Origin: Epithemia pelagica
Lineage: Eukaryota > Protista > Bacillariophyta
Reading direction: 5' to 3'
Assembly: GCA_946965045.2 (NCBI GenBank)
Contig: OX337234.1
Location: forward strand, 186,001 to 250,000
DNA: 64,000 nucleotides
Every line of letters starts with the position of its first letter. Position 1 is the first letter of the stretch. Both the position numbers and the translations under genes were made by a program. This document shows, piece by piece, positions 33,731-45,783 of this stretch. The notes below the pieces were generated by a model. That model was given only the letters and a program-made list of their open reading frames with translations. It was not told where the DNA came from and did no database searches.

Positions 33731-34619
33731 GAATATATCCAGACGAGCACCTGTCTAGTATAGAATATTCGATCGTACACAACAGAACCGAACGAGAGGA
33801 CGGGTTCTGTATAGTTCCACAACAACTACGGTATTCTAGAGATGGTATTTTTCTCAAATGTTGAGACAGGAATACCTGTCGTCCCATTTACCAGCCAAAC
33901 AGAGCTGACAAAAATCCATCCATCATGGAGGGTTCCTCGGCTTTTGGTGGAGTGTGTCGTATGGAATGATATGATATAACATAATATCCTATCCGTGGTG
34001 TGCCTTTTTGTAAAAGGATTCAGAGAGATACTAGGTAGATTCTTCGAGTCTTCTATTGCTATCGCTACTCATTGGGTGGAGCTTTCATGCCACATAGCTT
34101 TTCATGCCTCAACAGAGGCGACCTATGAGCGTCTCATATACCGCTCCCATCACTGACGTGTGTGGTTTTGGCTCGTCTCCCACATTTGCTTTTGGCGAGT
34201 TGTGGTGTTGTCCGTTGTCCTCATTTTTTGTCAATCACCTCTGTCTTGTCGGTCATGTCGAATTCGTTGTGAGGAAGACAATAAGAAGAACCACGAGAAG
34301 AAGAGAGAGAGCGCGGAGTATGCAGATTTTTTCTCGTCGAGAGAGAGTTTGGTGAGATCCAGAAACATGAAACATGAGTGACCGGAACGATGCGATGCTA
34401 TTTGTGTTCCGGAGACTCTTTTCCATACCAGAAACGGAGCGATCGATCCGGTAGTATGATATCATATCTACAAGACAAACAGTACTGGCATTCAAACGAT
34501 GAATGACTGCCACCACACCGGACCACAGAAAGGTCCCTTCATGGAGAGAGACAGGGACAGTCACTACTAGTTCTGATGGATGGATTGCCCGAAAAGAGTG
34601 AAACAAACAAGATATCATC

Positions 34620-35045
34620 ATGAAACTTTATTGGGCCTCGATGCAAACCATGCTTGTTCTGGCAGTACTTGTTGAAACGACACCCACGGTCGTCCTGTCT
34701 ACTTCTGGAACGATGGACCCTAATCCCCTTCCTGAAGAGAGTAGTGGCAAGAAAGGAGGAGGAGAAAGCAAGGATGATTGTGGTGATGGAAACGGAGGCA
34801 AGGGCATGGGTTCCGATCGTCGCCGTCGTGCTCGCAAAAAGAATCGCTTCTTGTCTTCGGGCAAGAGTGGTGGTAAAGATGACGGTTGTGATGCAGCTGG
34901 TGGTGAAGTGGTCCTTGCCGGAGTGATGATTGGTTGCGCCGAAGGATCAGCGGCAACAGAAGATGTTTTTGACGGCTTTGAGGAGGCCACCATGGTGGAT
35001 TTCGGAGGTGGTCGAGTACCTGGACCGAACATTGGAAATCCGTAA
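34620..35045 (+). CDS. Secreted RXL/KGGK precursor copy 4 (141 aa)
   Basis: MKLYWASMQTMLVLAV.., SGKKGG..CGDGNGGKG, RRRRARKKNRFL, acidic tail with Cys. Confidence 0.75.
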   Translation: MKLYWASMQTMLVLAVLVETTPTVVLSTSGTMDPNPLPEESSGKKGGGESKDDCGDGNGGKGMGSDRRRRARKKNRFLSSGKSGGKDDGCDAAGGEVVLAGVMIGCAEGSAATEDVFDGFEEATMVDFGGGRVPGPNIGNP

Positions 35046-35817
35046 TGATGTATAGGATGGATTTTCAACTCAGAATCGTACCACGAAGCAACGCATCAGG
35101 TATTCATGCGCGGATGTCGTCCCTGGGAATGATGCCCTCTGTTTCCACGTTGAATCAATCCGCACAAAAGGCAAGCAATCTGTTCATTCATGTAGATGCT
35201 TGTTTGTCGCTGTGGAGTTGTGTGTTTTGACGGCGGCGTATCTACGGTTGTGGAAGGATTGTATGCTTCTTTCATGCTGTAGATGTACGATTCATCCCTC
35301 GGATCAAAGGTGCATGGGAACCGTACATAGGCCATGGTCGCTCGAGAGAGAAATGCCACTTTCGGTGAGGAAATGCGGCCGGCGGCAGCATGGATCGTGG
35401 AAACAAGTGTTCCTCCACGTTACCCGCCCTGCCTTGGAACAGATACGAATCAGCACCTCTTGTATTCGCTGCCAGTTTGTGGAGGTATCTCTTCTCAACC
35501 CACGAAACCGCTCCGTTTCATACCTCGAATCCTTTCACACGACAACTATAGTCTGCGTGATGGATTTGGACCAATCAAATCGTGTTTGGTGAAGAACGAG
35601 CAAGAATCAGTCATCGGAACAACAGCTAAGGAACGAGAACGAAACACGACCATGGGTGGGTCGAAACACATTCATCACACCACACATGTGGTTCGTTGGA
35701 ATGAACACTGGTTGGACTTGACTGCACCCACCAAACTGTTCCTGGATACCTCAATCAAGAAAGCAGTGCTACATCGCTTTGTAGAACCCTTTTGACCTGT
35801 TCCACTTGCCTACAGGG

Positions 35818-36960
35818 ATGAAGATCCAGGAACAAGCGTTGTTGTCAGGGTTGGTCTTTGCTGATAGCAAGGACAAAATAGAACCACATTGGAGGCCATC
35901 TGATGAAAACTGGTCACCACTCTTCGGACGGCATGTGTGGGGCCACGGGTTGCTTGTTGTTCCTCATCCAAACATGATACACGACAAGATGGTGGTTCTG
36001 TTGGGAGGATGTCCGGGCTCTTCTGTAACAAATTTGGTTAGACTCTTGAAGGTTGGCGAAAACAGGTGGCAAAACGCGACGCCTTTACAAGAAAAACGAG
36101 TAGACCTTGCTTCTGTGGTATGCAATGGCGCTGTTTACGCTATTGGCGGATACAACGGCCACAATGCTTTGGATACTATTGAACGTATCCATGTCGACGA
36201 TTTACTTCATTCATCATTGTCATCATCTTCCAAGAACAGCTCCAAGGGATGGAAGATGTTGAAATGTCGTTTAACAAGTGAACGATTTACCTGCGCCGCT
36301 ATAACTGTTTCTGACAGATTTATTGTGGTGGCGGGGGGATACGTTTCTATTTTCGACAATGTCTTATCATCGGTTGAGATATTGGACACGGCATCTGGGA
36401 ACCCGTATTCGTTCATATCGGGACCATCATTGAAAGAAGCTCGAAGAGGATTAGCAATGGCTGTGGTTGCTTCACGCATCTATGCTGTTGGTGGATGGGA
36501 TGGAATTATCACTTACGGTGATTGCCGGAAATCGGTCGAATACCTGGAATTTGGTGACTGGTTGGATCCTGTCACATCCACTGTCGCATTGTCCACAAAG
36601 TCTTGGACCATCCATACGAAACTTATTTTGAACTTGCCGAGAGCTGGATTTTCTGCAGTCCAAGTGGGTTCCTGTCTGGTTGTTGCAGGAGGATTCACCG
36701 ACAGGTATGAAGACGTTCATTCTGTGGAGGTTTTGGATACTGTAAGAAACGTGGTTTGGAAGCTTCCGGACTTGACAATTAGTAAGGTGAGGAATGGTTG
36801 TGGCATGATATCTTTGTCGAATGGTCTTGCTGTGATTTCTCGTAATGATGAAATGGAATTGTCGTGTGAAACACTGTCACTTGTGGACATGAAGAGTTGG
36901 CTCTTTGCACGTTTGTTGGAGATGGGCAAAGTTCCAGTGTCAGCTGGGCAATCGTGTTGA
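35818..36960 (+). CDS. Kelch-repeat protein 1
   Basis: Repeated GG motifs (VYAIGGYNG, IVVAGGY, IYAVGGWDG, LVVAGGF) with S-VE spacing typical of kelch blades. Confidence 0.9.
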   Translation: MKIQEQALLSGLVFADSKDKIEPHWRPSDENWSPLFGRHVWGHGLLVVPHPNMIHDKMVVLLGGCPGSSVTNLVRLLKVGENRWQNATPLQEKRVDLASVVCNGAVYAIGGYNGHNALDTIERIHVDDLLHSSLSSSSKNSSKGWKMLKCRLTSERFTCAAITVSDRFIVVAGGYVSIFDNVLSSVEILDTASGNPYSFISGPSLKEARRGLAMAVVASRIYAVGGWDGIITYGDCRKSVEYLEFGDWLDPVTSTVALSTKSWTIHTKLILNLPRAGFSAVQVGSCLVVAGGFTDRYEDVHSVEVLDTVRNVVWKLPDLTISKVRNGCGMISLSNGLAVISRNDEMELSCETLSLVDMKSWLFARLLEMGKVPVSAGQSC

Positions 36961-37014
36961 AGCAGTACATCACGCTTACCATGAAGCTTGTCATTGGACC
37001 CTGTTTGAAAGAGG

Positions 37015-37114
37015 GTAATGATGAAATGGAATTCTCGTTTGAAACACTGTCACTTGTGGACCAGAAGAGTTGGCTCTTTGCACGTTTGTTGGAGATCGGC
37101 AGAGTTCCAATCTG
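37015..37114 (+). pseudogene. Duplicated 3' fragment of a kelch gene
   Basis: NDEMEFSFETLSLVDQKSWLFARLLEIG repeats the kelch C-terminus at ~36840-36935. Confidence 0.75.
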
Positions 37115-38435
37115 AGCCGGCTAATGTTTTGGAAGCAATACAACACACTCATCCACGTGCTTTTCTTTGGACCCTGTTTGAAGGACGTTCTGTGATGACG
37201 GGCCGTGGTAACTAGGAATTTATTGTCATCATACAGTTTTTTTTTCACATCCTTTTGTTGCTAATATAGTTTCGATTCCATGCAGATGTTCTCATCCATC
37301 CCTTGCCGACACGAACAAGTCTGTGGTGAGCTGAAGAGGGTACTCCTGCTACTAATAGATACCGATGGGACTTTGAGAACTGTCTCGTTTTGTTCGTTCG
37401 ATTGTGTCCCATCATGAATATGGTCTTCTTGTAGTGGCACCAGAGAGCGAACTGTGTCAGTTTACTCCTGCTACTCAATAGGATTCCGATGGGACGTCTA
37501 GAACTGTCGCGGTTTGTTTGTTCGATTGCTTCCCATCATGTACAATATATCGTCTTCTTGCAGTGGCACCAGAGAGCGAACTGTGTCTCAGTATAGGATT
37601 CTTCCCCGATAGAGCATCATTTCTTCTTTCTAGGCCGAAAAACTGAGATCTATCACCATATATGCACAGTTTTCTTAGTCCCTCTATACATGCATAGCAT
37701 CTACAAAAGCCATACCCACACCGATAGCGGCGCCTTGGCGATGGCGCGCAATCTCATGAATCATGATAACTGTCTATGTTCGGCCGAACCAGAAGAACCA
37801 GAGTAGATCTGGGGACTTGGTGTTGGAGAATGCAAAACGAGAAAATCTAGTAGACTGCCCGCTCAAGCAAAATGTGTTTTCGACTCAAGTCGCTTGATCA
37901 TCCTACTTCCAAGTCCGTCGTCCTCGTGTGCGGATGAGGGCACCTTTATCCATGAGCGTGTGAAACTCCTAATCTAGGATGTAGGGTTGGATGGACCGGG
38001 TGGTTCTGCTTCGTGGATCGAGACAGCACGGGCCCTCTGGAACGGGCCGTTTTCCAACAGAGTATCATTTGGGCCTGTCAGATCAACGAGCACATCTCAA
38101 TCTCACGCCTGCCTTCGATCAACAGCGGATCAACACCTCGTGTGATCCGTCGAGGTGTGCCTTCTTAACCGTCGGAACCGCTTTGCTTCTTTCTCTGACT
38201 CTCCCAATGATGGATTTGGAGTGGTCGAATTGTGTTCCATGAAGAACGAACACGAATCAACAACAAACACCATCACGGAACGAGAACGAAACTGTGAGTC
38301 GAAACACATCCATAACACATCTTGTTTGTTCGAACTAGACTTGACTGCATCCATCACAACGCTCCTGGATGCCACAAAAAGAAAGCGCTCCTCGTAGAGG
38401 AAGGACCTTTTATTGACCTGTTCCACAAAAAAACA

Positions 38436-39641
38436 ATGCCCACAAGGATGGAGATCCAGGAACAAGCGTTGTTGTCAGGCTTGGTCTATGCCGACAGCAA
38501 GGACAAAACAGAACCACAGTGGAGGCCATCAAGTGATAATTGGCCTCCACTCTTGGAACGACATGTGAGCGACCACGGGTTGCTTGTCGTTCATCATCCA
38601 GACACGACCCACGACAAGTTGGTGGTTTTGTTGGGGGGATGGACGGGACGTCCTTCTGATGGCACAACAAATTGGGTTAGTCTCTTGGATTTTTGCAAAA
38701 AAAAGTGGCAAAATGGACCGCCTCTTCAAGAAAAACGAGGAAGTCTTGCTTCTGTGGTATGCAATGGCGCTGTTTACGCCATTGGCGGATACAATGGCCA
38801 ATCTGTTTTGGATACAATTGAACGTATCCCTGTCAGCGATTTACTTCATTCATCATCATCTTCCAAGAGCAGCTCCAAAGGATGGAAGATGTTGAAGTGT
38901 CGTTTAACAAGTGAACGATCAAACTGCGCCGCTATAACTGTTTCTGACAGATTTATTGTGGTGACGGGTGGATGCAATTCAAGTCCCCATATATGCTTAT
39001 CATCCGTTGATATCCTGGATACGGCATCTGGAAACCCGTGTTCGGTCGTATCGGGGCCATTGTTGCAAGAATGTCGAAGAGATTTTGCCCTGGCTGTGGT
39101 AGGTTCACGCATCTATGCTGTTGGTGGATGGGATGGAATTATCACTTACGGTGATTGCCGGAAATCGGTCGAATACCTGGAATTTGGTGACTGGTTGGAT
39201 CCTGTCACATCCACTGTCGCATTGTCCACAAAGTCTTGGACCATCCATACGAAACTTATTTTGAACTTGCCGAGAGCTGGATTTTCTGCAGTCCAAGTGG
39301 GTTCCTGTCTGGTTGTTGCAGGAGGATTCACCGACAGGTATGAAGACGTTCATTCTGTGGAGGTTTTGGATACTGTAAGAAACGTGGTTTGGAAGCTTCC
39401 GGACTTGACAATTAGTAAGGTGAGGAATGGTTGTGGCATGATATCTTTGTCGAATGGTCTTGCTGTGATTATCCGTAATAGTCCAATGGAATTGTCGTAT
39501 GAAACACTGTCACTTGTGGACATGAAGAGTTGGCTCTTTGCACATTTGTTGGATATTGGCAAAGCTGAAACCTCACCTGGGCCATCTTTTGGCAGTAGTA
39601 CAAAACGCTCATCCTCATGCCTTTCTTCGGACCCCTTGTGA
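38436..39641 (+). CDS. Kelch-repeat protein 2
   Basis: Paralog of kelch 1; 39104-39470 is identical to 36471-36837. Confidence 0.9.
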   Translation: MPTRMEIQEQALLSGLVYADSKDKTEPQWRPSSDNWPPLLERHVSDHGLLVVHHPDTTHDKLVVLLGGWTGRPSDGTTNWVSLLDFCKKKWQNGPPLQEKRGSLASVVCNGAVYAIGGYNGQSVLDTIERIPVSDLLHSSSSSKSSSKGWKMLKCRLTSERSNCAAITVSDRFIVVTGGCNSSPHICLSSVDILDTASGNPCSVVSGPLLQECRRDFALAVVGSRIYAVGGWDGIITYGDCRKSVEYLEFGDWLDPVTSTVALSTKSWTIHTKLILNLPRAGFSAVQVGSCLVVAGGFTDRYEDVHSVEVLDTVRNVVWKLPDLTISKVRNGCGMISLSNGLAVIIRNSPMELSYETLSLVDMKSWLFAHLLDIGKAETSPGPSFGSSTKRSSSCLSSDPL

Positions 39642-40953
39642 TAACGGTTTTGTGATGACAGGCCGGAATAATAATCTTTTTCTTGTTCTGACTTGTTGCA
39701 ACGTTGAATGGGAAGCGGCATGAAAAAGCAGAGGAGGATATCAAAGCTTTGGTCCACAAATATGTTGTTCAATCTGTGCCATATAGTGTCAGTTTCTTTT
39801 TGGCATCCTTTTGTCGCTATAATAGATAGTCTCGAATCCATTCAGTATACATAGTTTAAGCTCCGAGCACATTCTACAGTTTTGACATTGTACGCGTCCA
39901 TTCCCCTTGCCTCGGTACACACGCCAAAGTCTCTAGTGAACTCATAGGTATTTATCAATACCGATTGGAATTCGACGACTGCCTCGTTTTTTGGGGGGTC
40001 TCGACTGTTCCCCATGATGGTCTTTGCCTGGTGGCAACAGCGAGCGACCTCTGCGTCTCATTATAGGATTCTCTCTAGGCCGAGAAACTGAGATCTATCC
40101 ATCTCCAGAATTGGATACAATAGATCCATCTATGGACATTGTATTCTTATTAGCTCAAAATCTATCCACATAGATCCACGTAGCATGTACAAAAGCGACC
40201 TACCAGCTTGTAAAAGACCTTGCCATCCTATTCGTCTGAGTTCAGTATGAACGGGACGGGTGGGCCGGAAGGCTTGGGGTCTGGGGTGGGAATTTCCAGA
40301 AAGACCAGCTGTTCCGAAAACGGACGGACAGTAGAGTAAAAAGTACAATTGAGCAAACATGGCGGTTGATGAATCGGTTAAATATATATGGCAATGATAT
40401 AGCAATGATTATTTTAATGGTCAGTCATGGTATGATTTGGAGGTGCACCTCCAACCGCGTAAAATGTGAGTGGCGACTCACCCTTGACGTATCGTTACTA
40501 ATAATGTAAGACTCCCAACCATCAATCTATGACCTCTACAAGCCATTTTTCTGTCGAAGCCTGTAATTTGACGTTGAATGACGTTACGAGCTCCCGGCTC
40601 ACGATCGCACCACTGCATAATAGCACCACCATCACCATGAACAGTAAAGCCGCAGTGCACCTCCAACGAAAGGTGCTAGCACTCCTCCGACCATCAAGCA
40701 TGCCTCAGAATGGAGTGTACCGTGAAGGTTGAAAAGGGCGGCGATGAGTTGGATAGTTTGATCGAGCTACAACTACATTTGCAATGTCTTCCAGTTTGAT
40801 GAGTGATGAGGGAAAGTCGTGACAAGAATATCAACAATGGAGACAGATAACGATGGAAAGATAAAGATCACAACGGAGGAACGACGGAGAAAGATTCAAT
40901 TCGGGTCAAGGAATGATGGACGACCCGGAAATTGAAACACGGCAATCAGACGG

Positions 40954-42351
40954 GTGGTTTTCAAGCATCAAGGAAGTATCTGTCAGAAGACGACGACACA
41001 GCTTCTGTTGTCGGCGACAATGGTGGCGGTGCTGCTGCTGCTTCGAGTGGATACCGTGGAGCTGTGGTGGCAGTCGAAGATCGCGTGGTCGTTCTTCTCC
41101 TTCCGCCATGCGACAAACGTTGAGTCACACAGCGTCATTATTGACGAGCGGCCACAACAACCACGACTGGACGAAAAATGGTCGTGCCCGAGGCTGTGCC
41201 CAATCTACGAATGCGACAATCACGGAAACAAGCACGGAGGGTTGCATCCAAACAACCACCATCACCAGCGACAACAGCACACCAGCAAGAAGAAAAAGAA
41301 GAACCAACAGGACATTCCAGAGAATCGTTCCTCGAGTACTGCTAGTCGCTTTCATGTTTGGAATTATGCCGAGAAACGACCTCCAACACGTGCACATCCA
41401 GAACGTGATTTAGAGGAGGACGACGACAAGCCCCATTCCGTTGACTCCAGGATTGTTTCTTCCACAGCCTCGTATTTGACCTCGTGTCCGACGGCTGCCT
41501 TTACCATTGGTTATGGTGTCGGAACCTGGCCGCATCATTTGCCGACAAGCAGCAGCCGCAGGACAAGCAGGAGCAGTACAGATCGTGGGCGGGGAGACAA
41601 AACGGATGCCGAAACAGGATCATTGTCCTGGTCCTTTTCGTCCGAGAATCCTCCTATCAGCCATAGCAGCCATGTGAGTACAAAAACGACTCTTCTTTCT
41701 CGCTCGCAAGTGGTGCGACAATTACCACCCTGTGAATTTGTGCAGTTTCAATGTTGGTCTCGCCTGCAAGCACCGACTGGTGCGGCGACACAGGTGGCTG
41801 TCGTGCGGGCCGTGACACTGGCGTCGTCGTCGTGGGTGAGGAGTATTACTGCCATGGGTGGGAAACGACGAGGCAATCGCCATTCAAATAAGTACTACAA
41901 TCACAAAACAGACACTCGTACAAACCATGATCCTCCCTTGGGTTGGTCCTGGTTGTTTCAAACCTTTGGTGTCGAACAATTGCACGTGCAAGCCTTGGAT
42001 CGAGCCTTGCCCATCAATCTGCGCAACATTGTGTTGGATCGCTTGCAACAAACAGGTACCACGGCCCAAAACAAAAAAGCCTCGATGCGAATCCTCCACA
42101 AGTTGCCAAAAAAACCACAAGGAAAGGACTCCACAGACCTGGCCTGGTCCTTTCCAGAGTACTACTCGTCCCGTAATCGAAGAATGGTGGTGAACCAAAC
42201 CGAGCCGAACCAGCAGCTGCAGCGTCACCCTAAGAGGTGGTGGTGGAACAAGAACCCGCATCACAACAAGATGTGGTGGCATGGCAAAAAGGACAAGACG
42301 AGCCTCGATCATTCTCCTTCTTTTTCTTTTAGCAACAATGATCCAAAATGA
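40954..42351 (+). CDS. Hypothetical protein with N-terminal signal anchor (465 aa), possibly degenerate
   Basis: Long ORF with hydrophobic LLLSATMVAVLLLLRV; no catalytic motif recognised. Confidence 0.45.
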   Translation: MVFKHQGSICQKTTTQLLLSATMVAVLLLLRVDTVELWWQSKIAWSFFSFRHATNVESHSVIIDERPQQPRLDEKWSCPRLCPIYECDNHGNKHGGLHPNNHHHQRQQHTSKKKKKNQQDIPENRSSSTASRFHVWNYAEKRPPTRAHPERDLEEDDDKPHSVDSRIVSSTASYLTSCPTAAFTIGYGVGTWPHHLPTSSSRRTSRSSTDRGRGDKTDAETGSLSWSFSSENPPISHSSHVSTKTTLLSRSQVVRQLPPCEFVQFQCWSRLQAPTGAATQVAVVRAVTLASSSWVRSITAMGGKRRGNRHSNKYYNHKTDTRTNHDPPLGWSWLFQTFGVEQLHVQALDRALPINLRNIVLDRLQQTGTTAQNKKASMRILHKLPKKPQGKDSTDLAWSFPEYYSSRNRRMVVNQTEPNQQLQRHPKRWWWNKNPHHNKMWWHGKKDKTSLDHSPSFSFSNNDPK

Positions 42352-43244
42352 TGAGGAGTATATGAGGTCGGTTCGTATGGTCAACGACCCTCCTCAGCAG
42401 GACCTTGTGGTTGTTTCTTCATGGTTCGCCCATGGCAAAACAATCCAAAATCAATCATTGGCCGCCATCATGCTGACCATGTTCTCTCTCTCATTCCCCC
42501 ATAATTTGGCGGCGATAATGCGTAGATATCTCTTCCTCTTGTGGTTTTGGTTGGGGAACAGAAAAGTGCGGGGCAAAAACATCGCTACCATTCGCTATCG
42601 TCTAGCGACCACTGGTAGCGACTTCACTCCACTCGTATTCGGTGGAAGTGGAATCGTCATGGGGACACGAGCGAATACAAGGTGCTTCTCGAGCTACCCT
42701 TTCCTCATCAATAGTAATCGTAGGATTTCGCCCTCGTTTGGATGTTTGCGGGATAGATAAGTTCTGGCGAGCTTAGTAGTTTGGAACCAGTCCAACCATT
42801 CATGGTTCCCTTGCTATGAACTAGAGGAATGATGTCGCATTCAAAGCAGGGAAATTTTGCAAACATCACATAATCTCTAGTTCATGTGGGCTCATCCTCT
42901 ACCACTAATACCTCTCTACCTAGTAGAGGCGAGTCCTTCATCTCCCTGTCTACGACAATGGTAGTGCCGGCATTCAAAGCGATGAATATCATGTTGTGAT
43001 TTTTGCCAATGATAGTGACTATTTGTGTTTGAAGGCATTCATGGTCAACATGGATGAGGCCGAGGACGTACCTCTTGGACATTGCTGGAATGTAAGGTAT
43101 TACCCTCTTATCCATCAACAAGGAAACCTATACTCAACTTTTTCAAAATACTTGTACGGCAGGAACATGAAGACAAACAAAAACATGGTTACTTCTGAAT
43201 TAGATTCAACATAGTAGATCCTTCGACTGTGGCTGACCTAGCAC

Positions 43245-44165
43245 TTAGGAGAGACCAAACACCATCATGGCCATTCGAATCCCAAACACCAGTGAGTACG
43301 GATTCATGGACAGTGTCACACTCGCACCCGACAATAAGGAGGTCTGGTTGTTGTTGGCAGACAAGGATGACTGAAACAAGTTCCCAAATTCCGTCCGTGT
43401 AAAACAAGCATCGGCTCCACTCTCCTCTTGAATGTGTTGGGCCAATTCGGGACTGACTACCGAAGAACCACCAAAAAACAAGTTGACAAAATCCACCACA
43501 TTGTCCGCCGTGATACAGAGATCATCCAGAGCGGCTTCACTGCCCTCGGCGCCAGTTGCAACACCGGTGCAGGCCACTATATCGTCGAACAAAAACTTTC
43601 CTGATTTTCCGGCCGGGAGCTGGATATGCTCCATTTCCCAAGTATCAATGGAACCATCCTTGTTGGTATCAATAAATTCAATCGCATCTTGGACCATTGA
43701 ATCCATATCCAGTCCGTCTTGACTTGCTGAATCATCCATAAGGCCGGACAACAATGACGTGTAGAGAGACCGGAGTATATCGGTCGAGAACGTTTGGCCA
43801 GTCTCCATACGAGCAACAAGGTCTTCCAAGGTTTGATCCGCTTGTGTCAAAGAAGCGCCCCTGTTTGGCACGTGTGATTGGCCTCCTTGCTGAGACGTGA
43901 GGAGAAAGCACTTGTTGTTGTGGTTCGTTTCTTCTGGAACAGCCGTCAAGGTACGCCGAAGGTCCAATTTTCCGACCACCAATCCAACAAGCAGCAACAA
44001 AATCGCAATCCCAATAAAGACGAGAAAGAATTTGGGCCGCGGTTCTTCAGGACTTGGTTGTACGTTCGCGGCGATGTATAAGAAATTTGTACCATCAGGG
44101 AACGGAACCGGAACCGGAACACCGCCATTCAAAAGATTGAGATTGCTGGCATCGAATTCGAACAC
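43245..44165 (-). CDS. Membrane protein with an EF-hand
   Basis: TM segment FFLVFIGIAILLLLVGLVVG; canonical loop DTNKDGSIDTWE; acidic composition. Confidence 0.65.
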   Translation of the reverse strand: MFEFDASNLNLLNGGVPVPVPFPDGTNFLYIAANVQPSPEEPRPKFFLVFIGIAILLLLVGLVVGKLDLRRTLTAVPEETNHNNKCFLLTSQQGGQSHVPNRGASLTQADQTLEDLVARMETGQTFSTDILRSLYTSLLSGLMDDSASQDGLDMDSMVQDAIEFIDTNKDGSIDTWEMEHIQLPAGKSGKFLFDDIVACTGVATGAEGSEAALDDLCITADNVVDFVNLFFGGSSVVSPELAQHIQEESGADACFTRTEFGNLFQSSLSANNNQTSLLSGASVTLSMNPYSLVFGIRMAMMVFGLS

Positions 44166-44587
44166 AGACCCGACACACGATGTCGGAATTCCTCGTGTGG
44201 ATTGGGATGGTGTGGGTTTGGTCGATCATTGTCGTCCTTGCAATGGCGGCGTACTCGTCTACCTTTATCACTCGTCGTCCTACCCTTCCCCACTCACTGA
44301 GCACTCACTGAGGAGTAAGTCACTCCCCACACTCCCACTACCTAAGCCCCAAAAATTACTGTACTTCGATTTTTTATTCTAGTGTTGTGTAGGAGTTCCC
44401 ATTGTGTTGGTGCATGCTGCTGTGTTCTGTGTTGTCTTGTGTCGCTCGTGGTCGGGTCGCGAGAGGAGTGGGGGATGGAAGATCTAAGTATTCTGTCACA
44501 CTATTTATGCAACAAGCACGCCTCGGAGTTTGATTGGCATCCAATAATTGTGAGACAAATGATACTGAGACATAAAGCGTAATGAAT

Positions 44588-45000
44588 CATCCGATAGAAT
44601 CGGATGAGGTCACTTAAGTGACGCGGTTATTTAAAAACAATTAAGATTACCTAGTGCCCTATCGAAAGTAGGGCACGCTTAATTGTATAAAACTAATTAA
44701 GCTCACGACTTCTAAGTATCCATTCAGAGAACCGATCACTTAGGAAGACCGAAAATTACCTAAGGAGCGCTGGCACGACTCCTCGTGACAAAGGAAGCTA
44801 ACATACCTTAAGAGCCCCGGGGGACTCCTCGTCGCAGGGCGCTCCTCGTGGCTTAACTCCTCGTCGGGCAATAGCTTCTCGTCGTGGACTGCCCCCTCGA
44901 TCCGCTTATGCGGATCTCACAGGGGCAGTCCACTCCTCGTCGCTATTGCCCTTCTCGGAGTCTTGCCACTCCTCACACCCTAGCTCCTCCTCGTCCACCC
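44588..45000. other. Cluster of short hairpins/palindromes and CTCCTCGT repeats
   Basis: Stems at 44588-44606, 44609-44622 (GTCACTTAAGTGAC), 44654-44676 and ~44884-44933 (GTGGACTGCCCC..GGGGCAGTCCAC); about six CTCCTCGT copies in 44779-44995. Confidence 0.7.
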
Positions 45001-45783
45001 TCAGCTATTAAAGTAGACTTACGACCCGATACCATTCGCAAGAAAAAGTCATCCTTATCTTGACTGTCGCACAGTCCGACGGATTTGCATTATGGCGGGG
45101 GTGCTTGTTCGTGGTTGGGTATTACCTTGCATTCCTGGGTGGTTCATTATTTGCATTGGTCTTTCCGGTCCAGTTTTGCTGCCGTTTTTTGAGTGCCGCC
45201 GTCGGATTCTTGGTCTCGACCTTGCTCTTTGCCGCAGTCTTGAACGGATTGGGACATCATCATCCCAAGTGTTTGGGTGGCGTGGATTACTTTACCGATG
45301 CCTTTGTGTTGATGCCTTTGTTTCGAGTTGGACCACCTTTAGTACGGTACGTGCACACACACGCACAAGACACTAGGGACATTTGCCAAGAGGTGGTTGT
45401 CATGTTTGTGTTGTATCCATGATTCCATGTGTTTTCTCATACTGTCGTTGTGCACACATGTGTGCTGCTGTGGGATTGGTGGTATCTGTACAATACCAGG
45501 TGGGATATGGGTTGATTTACAGTGGTATTAGTCCCGATGAACACGATATTCGCAAATGTACAGGCATGACCTTTGCCGTGACCTTGTAGGCCTTTGTCTT
45601 TCCAAGGTCACACGAACCCAATCCGTGGCCCAAGTAGCCTTCTTTAGTACACCCATTGTCATTCGATATGGATCCATGTTCGAGGTGTTGCTTGTTTGCA
45701 AGGTTTGTTCCTCATCTTGCGTAAATGAGACAATGGCTTATAAACAAAAGCTATGCACTGCAACTCAAAAGTTATCCAAATAA

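Noticed and set aside
40437-40454. 18-bp palindrome TTGGAGGTGCACCTCCAA resembling the ends of the 17396-17569 hairpin
   Set aside because: Only 7 terminal bases are shared; too short to infer a common element or footprint.
45060-45755. Coding gene next to the CACTG left end
   Set aside because: All frames give short ORFs without recognisable motifs.
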